Assembly (NCBI GenBank): GCA_051313645.2
Contig: JBNRSN020000014.1
Location: 8,618,001 to 8,682,000, forward strand
Direction: 5' to 3'
DNA from: Centroscyllium fabricii
Lineage: Eukaryota
DNA: 64,000 nt
Below are positions 27,493 through 40,280 of this stretch, piece by piece. The notes under the pieces were generated by a model. That model made no database searches, was not told where the DNA came from, and worked only from the letters and a program-made list of their open reading frames with translations. The position numbers and the translations under genes are program-made. Numbering within the stretch: position 1 is the stretch's first letter; each line of letters starts with the position of its first letter.

Positions 27493-28629
27493 ATAAGATT
27501 CTGAGGGGGATTGACAGGGTAGAGGCTGAGAGGTTGTTTCCCCTGGCTGGAGTATCTAGAATGAGGGGGCATAGTCTCAGGATAAGGGGTCGGCCGTTTA
27601 AGACAGATGAGGAGGAATTTCTTCACTCAGACGATTGTGAATCTTTGGAATTCTCTGCCCCAAAGGGCTGTGGATGCTGAATCGTTGAGTATATTCAAGG
27701 CTGAGATCGATAGATTTAAGAGAAGACTACTTCAACTCTCAGGATAGTGTGGATAAATAAAGAGGTTAGGAATAAATTAAGATTAAAGAGGGCAAATGAA
27801 GCTAATAGATATTATTAAAGAGAGATTACAAGAAAATAAGGAAACGGTTTAAGAGGGATAAGGAAAGCAAAAAAGGAGTATGAGGAGAGAACCTTGAAAA
27901 ATATTAAAAGGAATGGTATTCTACAAATATATCAGGAAAAGGAGAATTGCTAAACATGAGATGGCATCCTTAAGAGCAGAGGATAATGAGTTAGTAGAGG
28001 ATAAGTGGAAATTGGCAGGGCCACTTAACAAGCAGCAATTGTTTACAAAGGAATAGGATAATCAGGAGGAGGTAAAGAACGAACAAACTTGCACGTGTAT
28101 AGCACCTTTTACAACCTCAGGACGTCTCAAAACATTTCACAACCAACCAAGTACTTTTGAAACGTAATCACGGTTGTGATGTAGGGAAACGCAGCAACCA
28201 ATTTGCACACAGCAAAGCCTTAATTCATCGTGAAATATTGTACAAGGTCAGGTCGCCCCCAGGGCGAACCACTTCAAATGTAATTGCTCAAATAACTGAA
28301 TCACTGTAAATTCTGATCCTTGGTGCGTGTTGCACCATATTTACATTGCATTACTTCTCTTAACTTCCTGCACCATACATCGAGAGAGGCAAGGGGAAGG
28401 TGACCTGATCTGGGGTCTCTGCGGCTTCCTGAAAGGTGCAAAGCACTGGCTCGGGTTCTGTTGGCCAATTCTCCCTCTTCTGGAATCCTCTTGACGCATT
28501 TAACAGATGTCGAGCCCTCATCGTGCTGTGAATCAGGGGTGTGACACTGTGCCCCTCACCACTCTGCAACAACATATATTTGTGCTCTGATGCACTACAC
28601 TTTTTTTAACGGGAAAGACTTTGTTGAAT

Positions 28630-29132
<503 letters not shown>

Positions 29133-29259
29133 CTAGAAGGAGAGAGCAACAAAATGAGGGAGCCAGAAAAAACTGCAACATTTGTCAGAACTGACCCGAA
29201 CTAATCACCGCTGTGTGTAACCACGCCGTAAATACATTTTTAAAGATTTCTTTTTTATT

Positions 29260-30696
29260 GGGCCAGAAATTGCAGTCCGCTGTTTCGTGCGGGTGCACGG
29301 CCATGCGGACCCCTAACGCAGCGCACCAGAATCTTACCGTTTTAGCGCTGAAAAATTGCAGTATATTTTTCAGCGTTCCTGGGCTGCGTATCAGTGCAGC
29401 CACGCTAGGTGCGCTAAATATGCGTTGCCGTGGTGCGTGTGCTAGTCTGATGCCCCGCCCACAAAGGTCTAATTTAAATGGACACGCCCCCTGATGTGAA
29501 CACAGAATCGGCAGGAAGCAAGGGAGGGCAGCAGCACATTCAATTCAATTCAATTTTTATTGTCATTGCAGAGTACTAGTACAATACAAGGTAAGTATCT
29601 TTGATTTGCAGCGGTTTTTTTGCTAACTTTTTTAAACATTGAAAGAGTTTTAAAGTTCCTTAAAGTATTTGTCATATATTTGAAGACATATGAAGGATTT
29701 GTAAGTCCTGTGCAAGATCTGAAATGTAATAATCAGCATTGTGTTTACATGTGAAATGTTTGGAAGTCGCTGAATTTTCTTTTCATTTGTTGCACTGTGT
29801 AGCTAAGTTTTAGAAACATTTAAAGACATTTAAAGTTATACATTCAGATTGTGGAAGAGCTGAAAAATTTCATTTTTAAACTTTTAAACATGTGAAGGTG
29901 AAATGTCAGGAAGTATCCCCGTTAAAGTTCAAAGAATGCTTAATGACAAAATGAGTGTTCAGTTGTTAACATGAAAAGATTTTAGGGATGTCAAAGACAC
30001 ATCACTGAAAGGTTGATTAGCAACAAATTTGTCACTTCTTCTAATTAATCAAAGCAAGCAATGGCTTCTGAAAGATCCAGCATTAAAGTTGAACTCACTT
30101 AACAGGAGCAGCTTTTCAGCAGTCCACAAACAGCAGTGAAAAACCCATTTCTCACTTATCTGGGATTGAAAACCAAACCCAATCCTTTCAGCAGTGAGAA
30201 AACAGCATGTAGGTAATTTTTAAGTTAGGATGAAATACTTTAGAACCAAACAATTGTGTACAAAAAATCGGGTGAAAAACACTTGAAAAGCCGATTTTTA
30301 AATTTTTTCAAAAACATTCAAAATCCACAAAAAATAGTAGTTAACTGCCCACAAACATCATAAAAGTCAATTAAAATTGCTAAAACTTTAAATTCAATGC
30401 TAAAAAAAGTCCTTTACCGTCTTCAATAACGCACTGCTCTCCCTAACGCACGGTTAACGACTCCTTTTTTCCCGTGCTACTTCAAACCCAGTTGCCCACA
30501 GATTAGCGCACAGAATCACCCATTTAGATCGGGATTTTTGGGTGATAATTCTTTTGTGCGTGCGATGCTGAAGCCTCTTCTGCCTCAGCATTGGAAAACC
30601 CGGATTCCTGCGCATGCCCCGTGCGATAGCTAGCACGGGAAATTAGGCGCCACTCCTGCGGGTGCTAAGCGTGCGATGGACTGGAATTTCTGGGCC
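29260..30696. mobile_element. Non-autonomous DNA transposon (Harbinger-like TIR family)
   Basis: TIRs GGGCCAGAAATTGCAGTCC / GGACTGGAATTTCTGGGCC (17/19); same terminus family as 21791. Confidence 0.75.
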
Positions 30697-30870
30697 AAGT
30701 TTTGCGATTTCACCAGAAATACCCATCAAAGGAAGTCTTCTGAACACATTTATAAACCCACTACATATGGCAAATGCAGTGATTCTTTCCTGTAATCCTG
30801 GAACCCTGTCTTCGTGTCCCTACAATGGAGGAGGAGATCTGGAACTGAAGTCACAACAAATCTTCATTAC

Positions 30871-30967
30871 CTTGAGCTTTGGCAGCCGCTTGATGGTTTT
30901 AAGGGGTCGCAGCACTCGAAGCACTCTCAGAGATTTGATGGTATTCAGATCTTTGCCTTTGCTCCCA
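30871..30967 (-). CDS. CACNA1A: Cav2.1 exon (e25 equivalent, IIIS4): [32 protein letters not shown]
   Basis: 97 nt, cag/gtaatg; phase-2 join with previous exon; S4 R/K-x-x periodicity. Confidence 0.96.
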
Positions 30968-31633
30968 CTGACAATAAAATAATACAAAATAAGCACTTCA
31001 TAGAAATAACACCAACCGTAAGACAGCCTTTTGTGGCTGTTTACAGAGAATTGTTCCTTTTTATACATCTAAAACCCTCACCTTATTTCAGGAAAGTCAC
31101 GCTAAAGTAAAACGTCACTCATTTTATTTGAGTAAATATATTCACCTGGAATGAAAGACTAGACAAACAGCGGCAATCTATAGCCATTTTGCTATTTTTT
31201 TCACACTATTTTCACAGCCGACTGTAATTTTTTTTACTGTCTTTTCTATATTTTAATTGTACTTCAGTGCAGAAACACACCCTGCGGGCAGTGGCATTGG
31301 AATGCACACTGCATTGTCTCTTAAACAAGCAGGCTGCTCTGCTCTCGCTGTTTCAAGCGCTTGAAGAACAGGCTCCATCAGGAATAAGCCAATTGGTATG
31401 TCAGTCGCTTAGATGTGATGCATTCTTTCGTCTAACGAAAGCAGTGCTGCACATATTTCTCAAACCGTTCAGATTGAAAGCTGTTTGATCTGAATAATTA
31501 ATTATCCTAATTAAATGGTGAAAAAAATGTAATAATTTTACACAATGTGTAACTATCTCATCCCAATCAAGAGTAAATCATTATTTTCTAAGTAGTGTCC
31601 CACGGTGAAAAGTTATGTTGCAGCGTTTAAATC

Positions 31634-31799
31634 TGCCTAGAAATTTGCCTCGGGTGGTGATGCCAAACGGGCAGCATCAGACTGACCGCCCATTCGTCGC
31701 AGCGTCTGATACTCAGCTCCGTTGCGACCAATAGCACTGAAGATCCGCCAATTCCATTCCGCCTGTTTTGCGCCACTGCCTGAGACGAATTTCTAGGAC
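31634..31799. mobile_element. Short palindromic MITE
   Basis: cctagaaatttgcctcgg / ctgagacgaatttctagg inverted ends. Confidence 0.6.
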
Positions 31800-34635
31800 T
31801 GTATGTTTAAAACCTGGATGTTTCAATTATGGCCCACAGCACCTTAAACCGATGGAAATCTTTGTGACAAACTGATCAGTCAGTTGTACACTTAGCGATT
31901 AGATCAATTACTGGGAATTATAAATCCACTTGTACAATTGGATGTCTTGAATCTGTCTGTCCACCTGAGGAAGCGCTCCGAAAGCTTGTGATTTAAAATA
32001 AAACCGTTGGACTATAATCTGGTGTTGTGTGACTTCTTGCATTTGAATCTGAATCTGAATCTGAAAGGGGAGGCTTAATGTCCGCCAAGGAACAGAAGAC
32101 TTTTGTTAGCAAACATTGAGAGAGAAAAGGAAACAATGCTCAAATACAAATTGCAAAAAAATAAAGGATAAACTGCATTTAGTGATTTTCTTAAACTAAT
32201 GTGAGGGATGTTAGTCTGGGGAATGGAACACTTCTTCTCAAGCACCAATGTCAGCTGCAAGCACTCTAAGATTAGGTATAGTCCAGACAGAAACAGAGTA
32301 AAGCTCCCCTTACTCTGTCACAAAAATATACCTCAGCCCTAAACTCAGAAGAGCCTCCCACCACTTCCCCTACAATGCACTAGTGTGACATGTTTTCTAC
32401 TTTTAAAACCAACCATCCTGTGGCCTTTTAGAGTGAACTTGACAACTACGTGCTGAATTATTAGTAGCTCTGTGCGAAAGGTCCACATTCATTAGGACCT
32501 GGATTGAAACTGTCCAATCTCATATCATATAGGATCCTTACCAGCAGCAGACAGAGGAAACGTTTGTCCCATCAGTCTGGGCTGCATTGAACCCAAGCAT
32601 CCAAGGTCTAACCTAATTGTGTGACCTCGATTTCGGAAAAAATACAATTTCTACCTGAATTGTTTGAAAAATTAACACGGTTTAACTTCAGTTTAAAATA
32701 CTGTCGTAACTGACACAGGAGTTAATAAACTGGAGGTGGGCTGTGTGACCTGGCCGTGACTGTATGGCGAGGTTGGCCTGGTGACCTCCCATCCTCGCAC
32801 TTGAGAACTGATGCATTTTACTTCAGTTACAGCTCTGCTGTTCAGGAAGTGCTGGCAGCAATCTCATACAACCAACTCTTCCTATTCTCATGCGAGAAGC
32901 TTCAGGGTCCCCTGAATTATTCCTGTCCCGGAGTATCTACAGAGTACCCATGAAGAATTGAACACTTACAAGGCCTCATCAATCAGTGTCAAATTCAGGT
33001 CACCACATTTATTTCCAGGTCCAAGAGGTGGATCATGGCTTGAGTTCTGATGTTTTCCTTATATCAAAATTCTTTCAAAACTCAATAATTAACACCATTT
33101 CATGATAAGGTAAAATGGATGCAAATTGCCACAATTCTTTGAGCCTGCAAACTTAGACACAGACTCGCTCTAAAATCAGAAGGGGAGCAGGTGTAATTTT
33201 AATGCATTTCACACCCATTTCTTTTGGAGAATTTCACTGGGCTTTTGATATTAAGATTTCATCTAAACTGAATTACAGATATAGCCACAACCAATGTAGC
33301 CAGTCAAGGGACTCGTCGTCCCTCACGGCGTAGGACTAGTTTATTAAACCTCCGGCCTCTGCTAAATCATCAATTGTGAGGTGCCTTTGCTTGTTAATAA
33401 TTTACTGAACATACAAAGGATGGGTAACCCGCAAGATAGCTACTGCAGAACTGCTTGCAGCCTGCCTGCTGCAAATTGAAGTTCGCAAACAGCTGGATAA
33501 ACACAAAATGAAATGTGCATTTATGAGCACCACAATATAGTGCTTCATTCATTTCTCAAATTCAGTTTCAGCAGTGAGGCATGGTATCTTGCCAACCACA
33601 ATTAGCAGGGCCAACTGACGCTGCTCAGCCCTGACTTGTGAATGTATGTTCACGTTGTGTAAGATTTGCACCTGTTACCCAATCCAAGACAAGATGGGGT
33701 CGGAGCAAGGTTCTGCAAGAGGGGCGGGCTTCCAATAGGAGCGCGATGGCATTTCAAGACACACTCAGACGTGTGAAATAGTCCTGATAGTGTGGGTGCC
33801 ACTGCGAAACAGGCCAGCCCAACAATGAGAACACAAGCAACAGATCTCCTCGTGAATTGTATAATTTTTTTATGTAGCTACTGAAAACATGTTAACTACT
33901 CAAAATTATCGAATGAACAGCCCCGGAACTAGTTCAAAACTGGGTGTGTGATCACCTTAATGTTATTAAAGTGGATTTTTTTTTAAAGCTGTGAGACCCC
34001 AGCAGACATAGTGACGTCAGTACCTCGTACCCAGCAGAACTGCAACATAATCACTTATCAAAAAGCACATATATACGTGTATAAGCAGATATAAAATTGA
34101 GTGAGAGAAAGAGAGAGATACACAGAGAGGAATAGAACACCGTGCACATTTGCTGACAGTATAATGAAGAGAAAGAGCAGACATATTACCCCATAAGGCT
34201 CCTGATCCAGCAAGTCAAGAGAGACGAGAAAAGGGTCAGTGTAAAAAAAGGACAAAAGAGCTTCAACACGTACTGCATGTACAGAGGTGAATGAGACTAA
34301 GAAAACAGAAGGCACAGTTATAAAAACCTGAAGGACCATTACAGACATTGCAGTAAATAGGGAAACAGGACACAGGAGACGCAAAGCACAGGCCCCAGCA
34401 GTCATGTCAGCACAGCTCCATTAAGAACTCAGTCAGGACATAGCCTCACTGACAAAAGTGCAGTTTTCTTTGACTTTGGAGGGGAAAATTCAAGAGAACT
34501 GAGCATTGCAATTAAAAGCTCACATTCACCTTAAAACAAATGTTAAAACATGAGGTCACTCTCTACCAGTCTGTGTTCACGTCACATCTGTCAATTTCAA
34601 TTATTTGCCGCTGGAAGTGTCATTTGGTGTCACTC

Positions 34636-34764
34636 TCACAGCACAGTGCCCACCGGGTCTTGCCCAGTGCCACCACCATGCTGGGGCAGTGTAGGTCACA
34701 GCACAGTGCCCACCGGGTCTTGCCCAGTGCCACCACCATGCTGGGGCAGTGTAGGTCACAGCAC
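34636..34764. repeat. Perfect 60-bp tandem duplication
   Basis: Two identical units plus a 9-bp partial unit. Confidence 0.95.
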
Positions 34765-37700
34765 CTGGGGTGACAATGCTGTACGTAGCTCAGCAAATTA
34801 ATTCCACTCAACCTGCCAGATTTAATGCGTAAATAAGAAATTGGTTTAATTAACCTCGCAGTGTTTAACTTCGATGCAACATGGACACACATTGGTGCCA
34901 CAGCAGTGGAGAGCAAAGCCACCTTTATAACACTCGTGCTGGGCAATAGTATTTCAGCACAAGTGCTGTCACAGTGGAATCGTGATATAATCTCGTTATT
35001 GAAATACTACAACTTACAAATTCATTTCTTCACGTAAAATACACAACAGGAGTGTTATAAATAAAATACTGACTGACATCCATGTTGCATTTTAATTACC
35101 TCTTGGGAGTCGAACTAAAACGCGTCAAAGAGGCACCAGTTCTGTCAAAATCATGAATATATAAAACACGGATGCCTGCTCAGTATGCTCTATTTCCTGT
35201 TTCCCTCTTCTGTTCTTCCCCTATGTAGCTTCTCACTGGCATGCAATCATCTCTACAAAACTCCAGGTCGACGCCTGCTTTACATCGCTTCTGAGGTAGT
35301 GCCTGTCTATGGATAAAGCACGAATGTTGGGCTTGAGAAGAAATTGAGCCACAGAAAAGTGGCCCTTAATCCTTTATCCCAATCTTCTCCATTCTCCACC
35401 TTTCCTCTGCTGTTTTGTATTGCTCCAGACTGAGTATACTGTGCTCATGTATCCACCTCCCTCCTCACATTCTTAACTTGGGAGGGTGGGGGGGGGGGTG
35501 GCGGAAGATGCCAGAACAGATTCATTTCTTACTGAAAATAGAGACTCGCGAAGTTTTGGGTGAAGTTTATCTCATAGCAAGAAAAATACACCCCAGTAAC
35601 TCGCGCAAGTGAGCACAGAGGAATAAGAAACAGAAACACAGTCGCAACTATTACATGGAGATTAAATGGCGGGAGGAATTCTATCATGTTGCAAAAGCAC
35701 AACGAGACTTCATTTCATTTGCCCTCAAATTATTTTTTTCTCAAATGAGCCCCCGCCCATCCACCCACCAAGTGCAAGAAAAAACGGAGCATGTCAATTC
35801 ACGTCTTATCCACAGATCAGCCCGTTAGAAGGAGCCTCTCATTAGTGTTCGAACATCACATCTACTGGTTGGGAAGGACTGAAGAGAATGCCACAATCAT
35901 TGGTTATTGGTTACAGTATATACTGTATATGTAATGGCTTAATATATATTGCAAGTTTATTTTTAATGATGCATCAAAATAATACCACGCTGCTCCAAGC
36001 AGAATAAAATAACGATTCATGATTTGAAAAGAATTTGCTGTTCCCATCTACTGAATATCCCATGTTGGGGTACAGCTCCAGAAGCACTGGTAGTCCTCTG
36101 GTACTTTGCCCAAATGGCCATTCTTCAGGTGGAATGGTCAGGGTTGACTGTGAAGGGAGTCGGCACAGAGTCTGACCCCATCCTCATCCAACACACAGAT
36201 TCCAGCGGGCGTTAGTGGGCAGTGAGTAGCTTTGGCCCAAGAGTAATTGTAGCAGCCTTACTGCCACCCGAGCCGATAGCAGACAACTCACCAGGGATTA
36301 AATCTCAGAACCTCCTGGTCTGTATAACTCAGTATCACCCTGAGCATTGCATGCATCAATGGGGAGGGAGCCAAAGACAGTATATGCTACATAAAATATT
36401 AGTTACCAGGCAGTGAGCCTGTAACCAAATCTCAGAGTTCATATATTCATTCCGATCTATGGACAACATTTCATCCAAAGCCCGGGATTAAGTAACAGTT
36501 TGCTCTCACGTACCTTTTACTCTTTCATCTGCCAGAACCCAGAACCAGGGAGGGCTAAAATCAGTGTCTTACCCACTGCACCACCAGAGAAATTCTAAAG
36601 GAATCATTCATTTATTTAATTGCCGATTGTTTGGTTCATTAAGTTCTCTAATCGCAGACGAGAGACGAAAGAGCAGTCGACATGCTAAACTGCCATATCT
36701 GCTGCTCTTCCGTGCCTGATTGCTTCATTAGAACAAACAACTGCTGCCCTCTGATATGATGGAGCTGAAACTCATCATTGCTGATGAACATATAGCAGTT
36801 ACCATACAAACCAGAAATATCAATTGCAATTCAGGGCGATGGTCTTCATCTTCCCCCATCCCGATTTTCTCTCTTCTTCTGAGAGCACTGACTGTATGGC
36901 TGGGGTATGGCTCCACAGGCTGGGTGCCCTCTGGTCAGTGGCGATTCTTCAGGTACAAACCCAGATGGTGAGTGTTGGCTGGATAGTTAAGCATGGAGCA
37001 AGGGATGCACATCACACTTGAGCCCAATTCTGTCTTTCCTCAACATTCACCTGCAATTTCCATTTGGAGTCATTGGGTAGCGATCAGGAGTGGGAATCCT
37101 GGCTGATTCCCAGCTTCTTACAATGCCACTTTGTTCCATTGTTGTTGCAAAGTGCGTCCCCAATGCTTGAGGGGATAAATGCACCCCCAGTTGAGCACTG
37201 AAGCACACAGGCCAGGAAGGCTCAATGTTCCAACGCCATCTGTGTTGTTAGCCAATATAAGGTGGAGGGGCAATAGAGGCACCACAGCTGGTTTCAGCGC
37301 CACTTGGCTGGTGGGGGGCGGGGGGTGTTGGGGAGAAATCAGCCAGTATTAAATTCTTGATTGCTATTCTCCTGCTGGAAAGTGTGCCATGTGTGAACAT
37401 CGGGCGAGGAGAGGATCGGGCGCAGCTGTGAGGCGCCCACAGTCAACACTCACTGTCCAGTCCCACATGTCATGGATGGCCACTTGACCCAGTACCAAAA
37501 GATGGTCACTGCCTGTGGAACCGTGTGCCAGCACAAGTCAGTGCCTTCAGGAAAGAGGAAAAAAATTAGAGCGCGTAAAAAAAATTAAAAAAAAGAAATT
37601 GTGCTTTACAGATCCTGTAGGCAAGAACACATTGTATAAAGTAGGCATGTGATGGGGATTGATGGGCTGACACTGAAAAGGAATGGGGGAAAAATCACTG

Positions 37701-38729
37701 CACACAGGAAGAAAACTCTACTGAGCAATCTGAACTTTGTACTAAAACATGCTCCAGAAATCACAATCTCAACTGATGCTTGCACTGGATGCACTTCTTG
37801 AGAAGGGATCGACAGATACTGTCAGGACATGGGTCGATAGGGGTGTAGCTGTGGCGGGACAGCAGGAAGGGTTGTCTTGCAGGTGGGGTTGGTGGTGATC
37901 TATCAAAACCTCCTTAAGCAAATGAATCAATTGTGAGCAGAAAACATGATTGTAACAGAGGCTCTCTGATGTCACTTGACAATCTTAAGCCATTACTTCA
38001 CATTGTGCATCTTCCATCCGACACTACACAACTGAATTACACAAGGCATGATTACCTATAGTACAGTAAAAAAATAGATTTAAAATCAGAAAACAATCAC
38101 TCCTGCATATATATGGTCCAAATATCTCTTAATAAAAGAGCAGGAGGGTTAGCACACCAACTGTATTAGACTATTAATAGAATATACTGTTGCAGGAACC
38201 AAGGAAATAGTACATTACAGAGAGTGTTTGCCACAATGAGAACCAGGGAGAACAGCACTGAACATGACTCCAGTCTTTTACCTCCAGATCACTTGGAGTG
38301 ATCTTTACGGTGACTGCCATTGCTATATTCTGCAGTCAGACAAGTATTGACATCAGGCCCAACTCTTGTTCGGCACCATGCCCTCTACATCCCTCAGCCT
38401 CAGCTCCGTGCATTCCAGGAAGGTAGTAAAGATGTCACTGGGCAATTCAGTATGTGGCTGTTCTGAGGCCTGGGACAAGTATCAGTCAAGTAATTGAAGA
38501 CTGTGAGGGTTATGGAGTGCACGCCACCTGCAGTGTCCACATTTCTATTTATTGAATGACTATGAACGAAGGTAGAAAAATGAGTGATGATACTACATGG
38601 ATAGAGCCTTGCTGTGAACAGTTACTGTGTTATAGAGCGATTGGACAGAGAAGGTTGAGCCTGCCATTTATATTGTTATACCCCAATTTGCTTTTCTTTT
38701 CACCCCACCTGTCCTCAAGGCGCTGTTTT

Positions 38730-40280
38730 TACATTACACAGGATATACAGCACAGAAACAGGCCATTCGGCCCAACCAGTCCATGCCGGCGTTTATGCTC
38801 CACTCGAGCCTCCTCCCGTCTTTCCTCATCTAACTCTATCAGCGTAACCCTCGATTCCCTTCTCCCTCAGATGCTTGTCCAGCCTCCCCTTAAATGCATC
38901 TAAACTATTCGCCTCAACCACTCCCTGTGGGAGCGTGTTCCACATTCTCACCACTCCCTGGGTAAAGAAGCTTCTTCTGAATTCCCCATTGGATTTCTTG
39001 GTGACTATCTTCTATTGATGGCCTCTAGTTTTGCTCTTCCCCACAAGTGGAAACATTCTCTCTGTATCCACTCTATCAAAACCTTTCATCATTTTAAAGA
39101 CCTCTATTAGATCACCGCTTAGCATTCTTTTTTCCTTTCCTGATATGTAGACCCTCGCAATTCTGGTATCATTCTTGTAAATCTCCTCTGCACCCTCTCC
39201 AGTGCCTCTATATCCTTTTTATAATACGGCGACCAGAATTGTCCGCAGTACTCCAAGTGTGGTCTAACCATAGTTCGATACAGGTTTAGCATAACTTCCC
39301 TACTTTTCAATTCTATCCCTCGAGAAATAAACCCTAGTGATTGGTTTGCTTTTTTTGTGTCGCAACTTTTAGTGATTTGTGTATTTGTACTCCGAGATCC
39401 CTTTGTTCCTCTACCCCACCGAGACTCACACCCTCCAAGTAATAAGTGACCTCCCTATTCTTCCTACCAAAATGTAATACCTCACATTTATCTGTGTTGA
39501 ACTTCATTTACCAATTATTTGCCCATTCTGCAAGTTTATTAATGTCCTCCTGTAACTTGTTGCAGTCCTCCTCAGTATTGAATATTCCCCCCCCCCCCCC
39601 CCAATTTGGTGTCATCCACAAATTTAGAAATTGTGTTTTTGATTCCAAAGTCTAAATCGTTAATATAAATTGTGAACAACAGTGGTCCCAGCACTGATCC
39701 TTGTGGAACACCACTGCCCACCTTGTCACTGTGAATAGGTACCCTTTACTCACACTCTCTGCTTTCTGTCTTGAAGCCAGCTAGCTAGCCATTCTGCTAC
39801 TTACCCCCTGACTCCGCATTCTGACCTTATTCATTAGTCTATTATGTGGTACCTTATCAAAGGCCTTTTGAAAATCTAGATACATTACATCTACTGCATT
39901 ACCATTGTCTACTCTCTCTGTTACCTCTTCAAAAAATTCAATGAGGTTGGTCAAGCAAGACTTTCCTTTTTGAAATCCATGCTGACTATTCATTATTATA
40001 CTTTTTGCTCCTAGATGTTGTTCTATTCTCTCCTTTAGTGTGGATTCCATTATTTTTCCTACCACCGATGTTAAGCTGACTGGTCTATAATTCCCTGGAC
40101 ATGTTCTATCCCCCTTCTTGAATATAGGTATTATGTTAGTCCTCTGGCACGACACCTTTTTCTAATGAATTATTATATATGTTTAGTAATGCCTCTGCTA
40201 TCTCTTCCCTGGATTATTTAAAAATGCGAGGATGTAATCCATCCAGACCAGGGGTTTTATCCTCTTTGAGTTTTATTAGT
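38730..40280 (-). mobile_element. CR1 LINE fragment (reverse transcriptase to 3' UTR), different subfamily
   Basis: GNYRPVSLTSVVGK, YLDFQKAFDKVPH, VRPHLEYC. Confidence 0.9.

Noticed and set aside
31017-31036. ACG|gttggt donor resembling that of e31a
   Set aside because: Downstream intron would be only 49 nt and exon lengths (11 or 20 nt) break the frame
35545-35640. Pyrimidine tract and imperfect hairpin suggesting an exon
   Set aside because: GAG acceptor and only 8- or 10-nt frameshifting options
37910-37912. Possible 3-nt exon GAG
   Set aside because: Weak gttttg donor; indistinguishable from chance without reads
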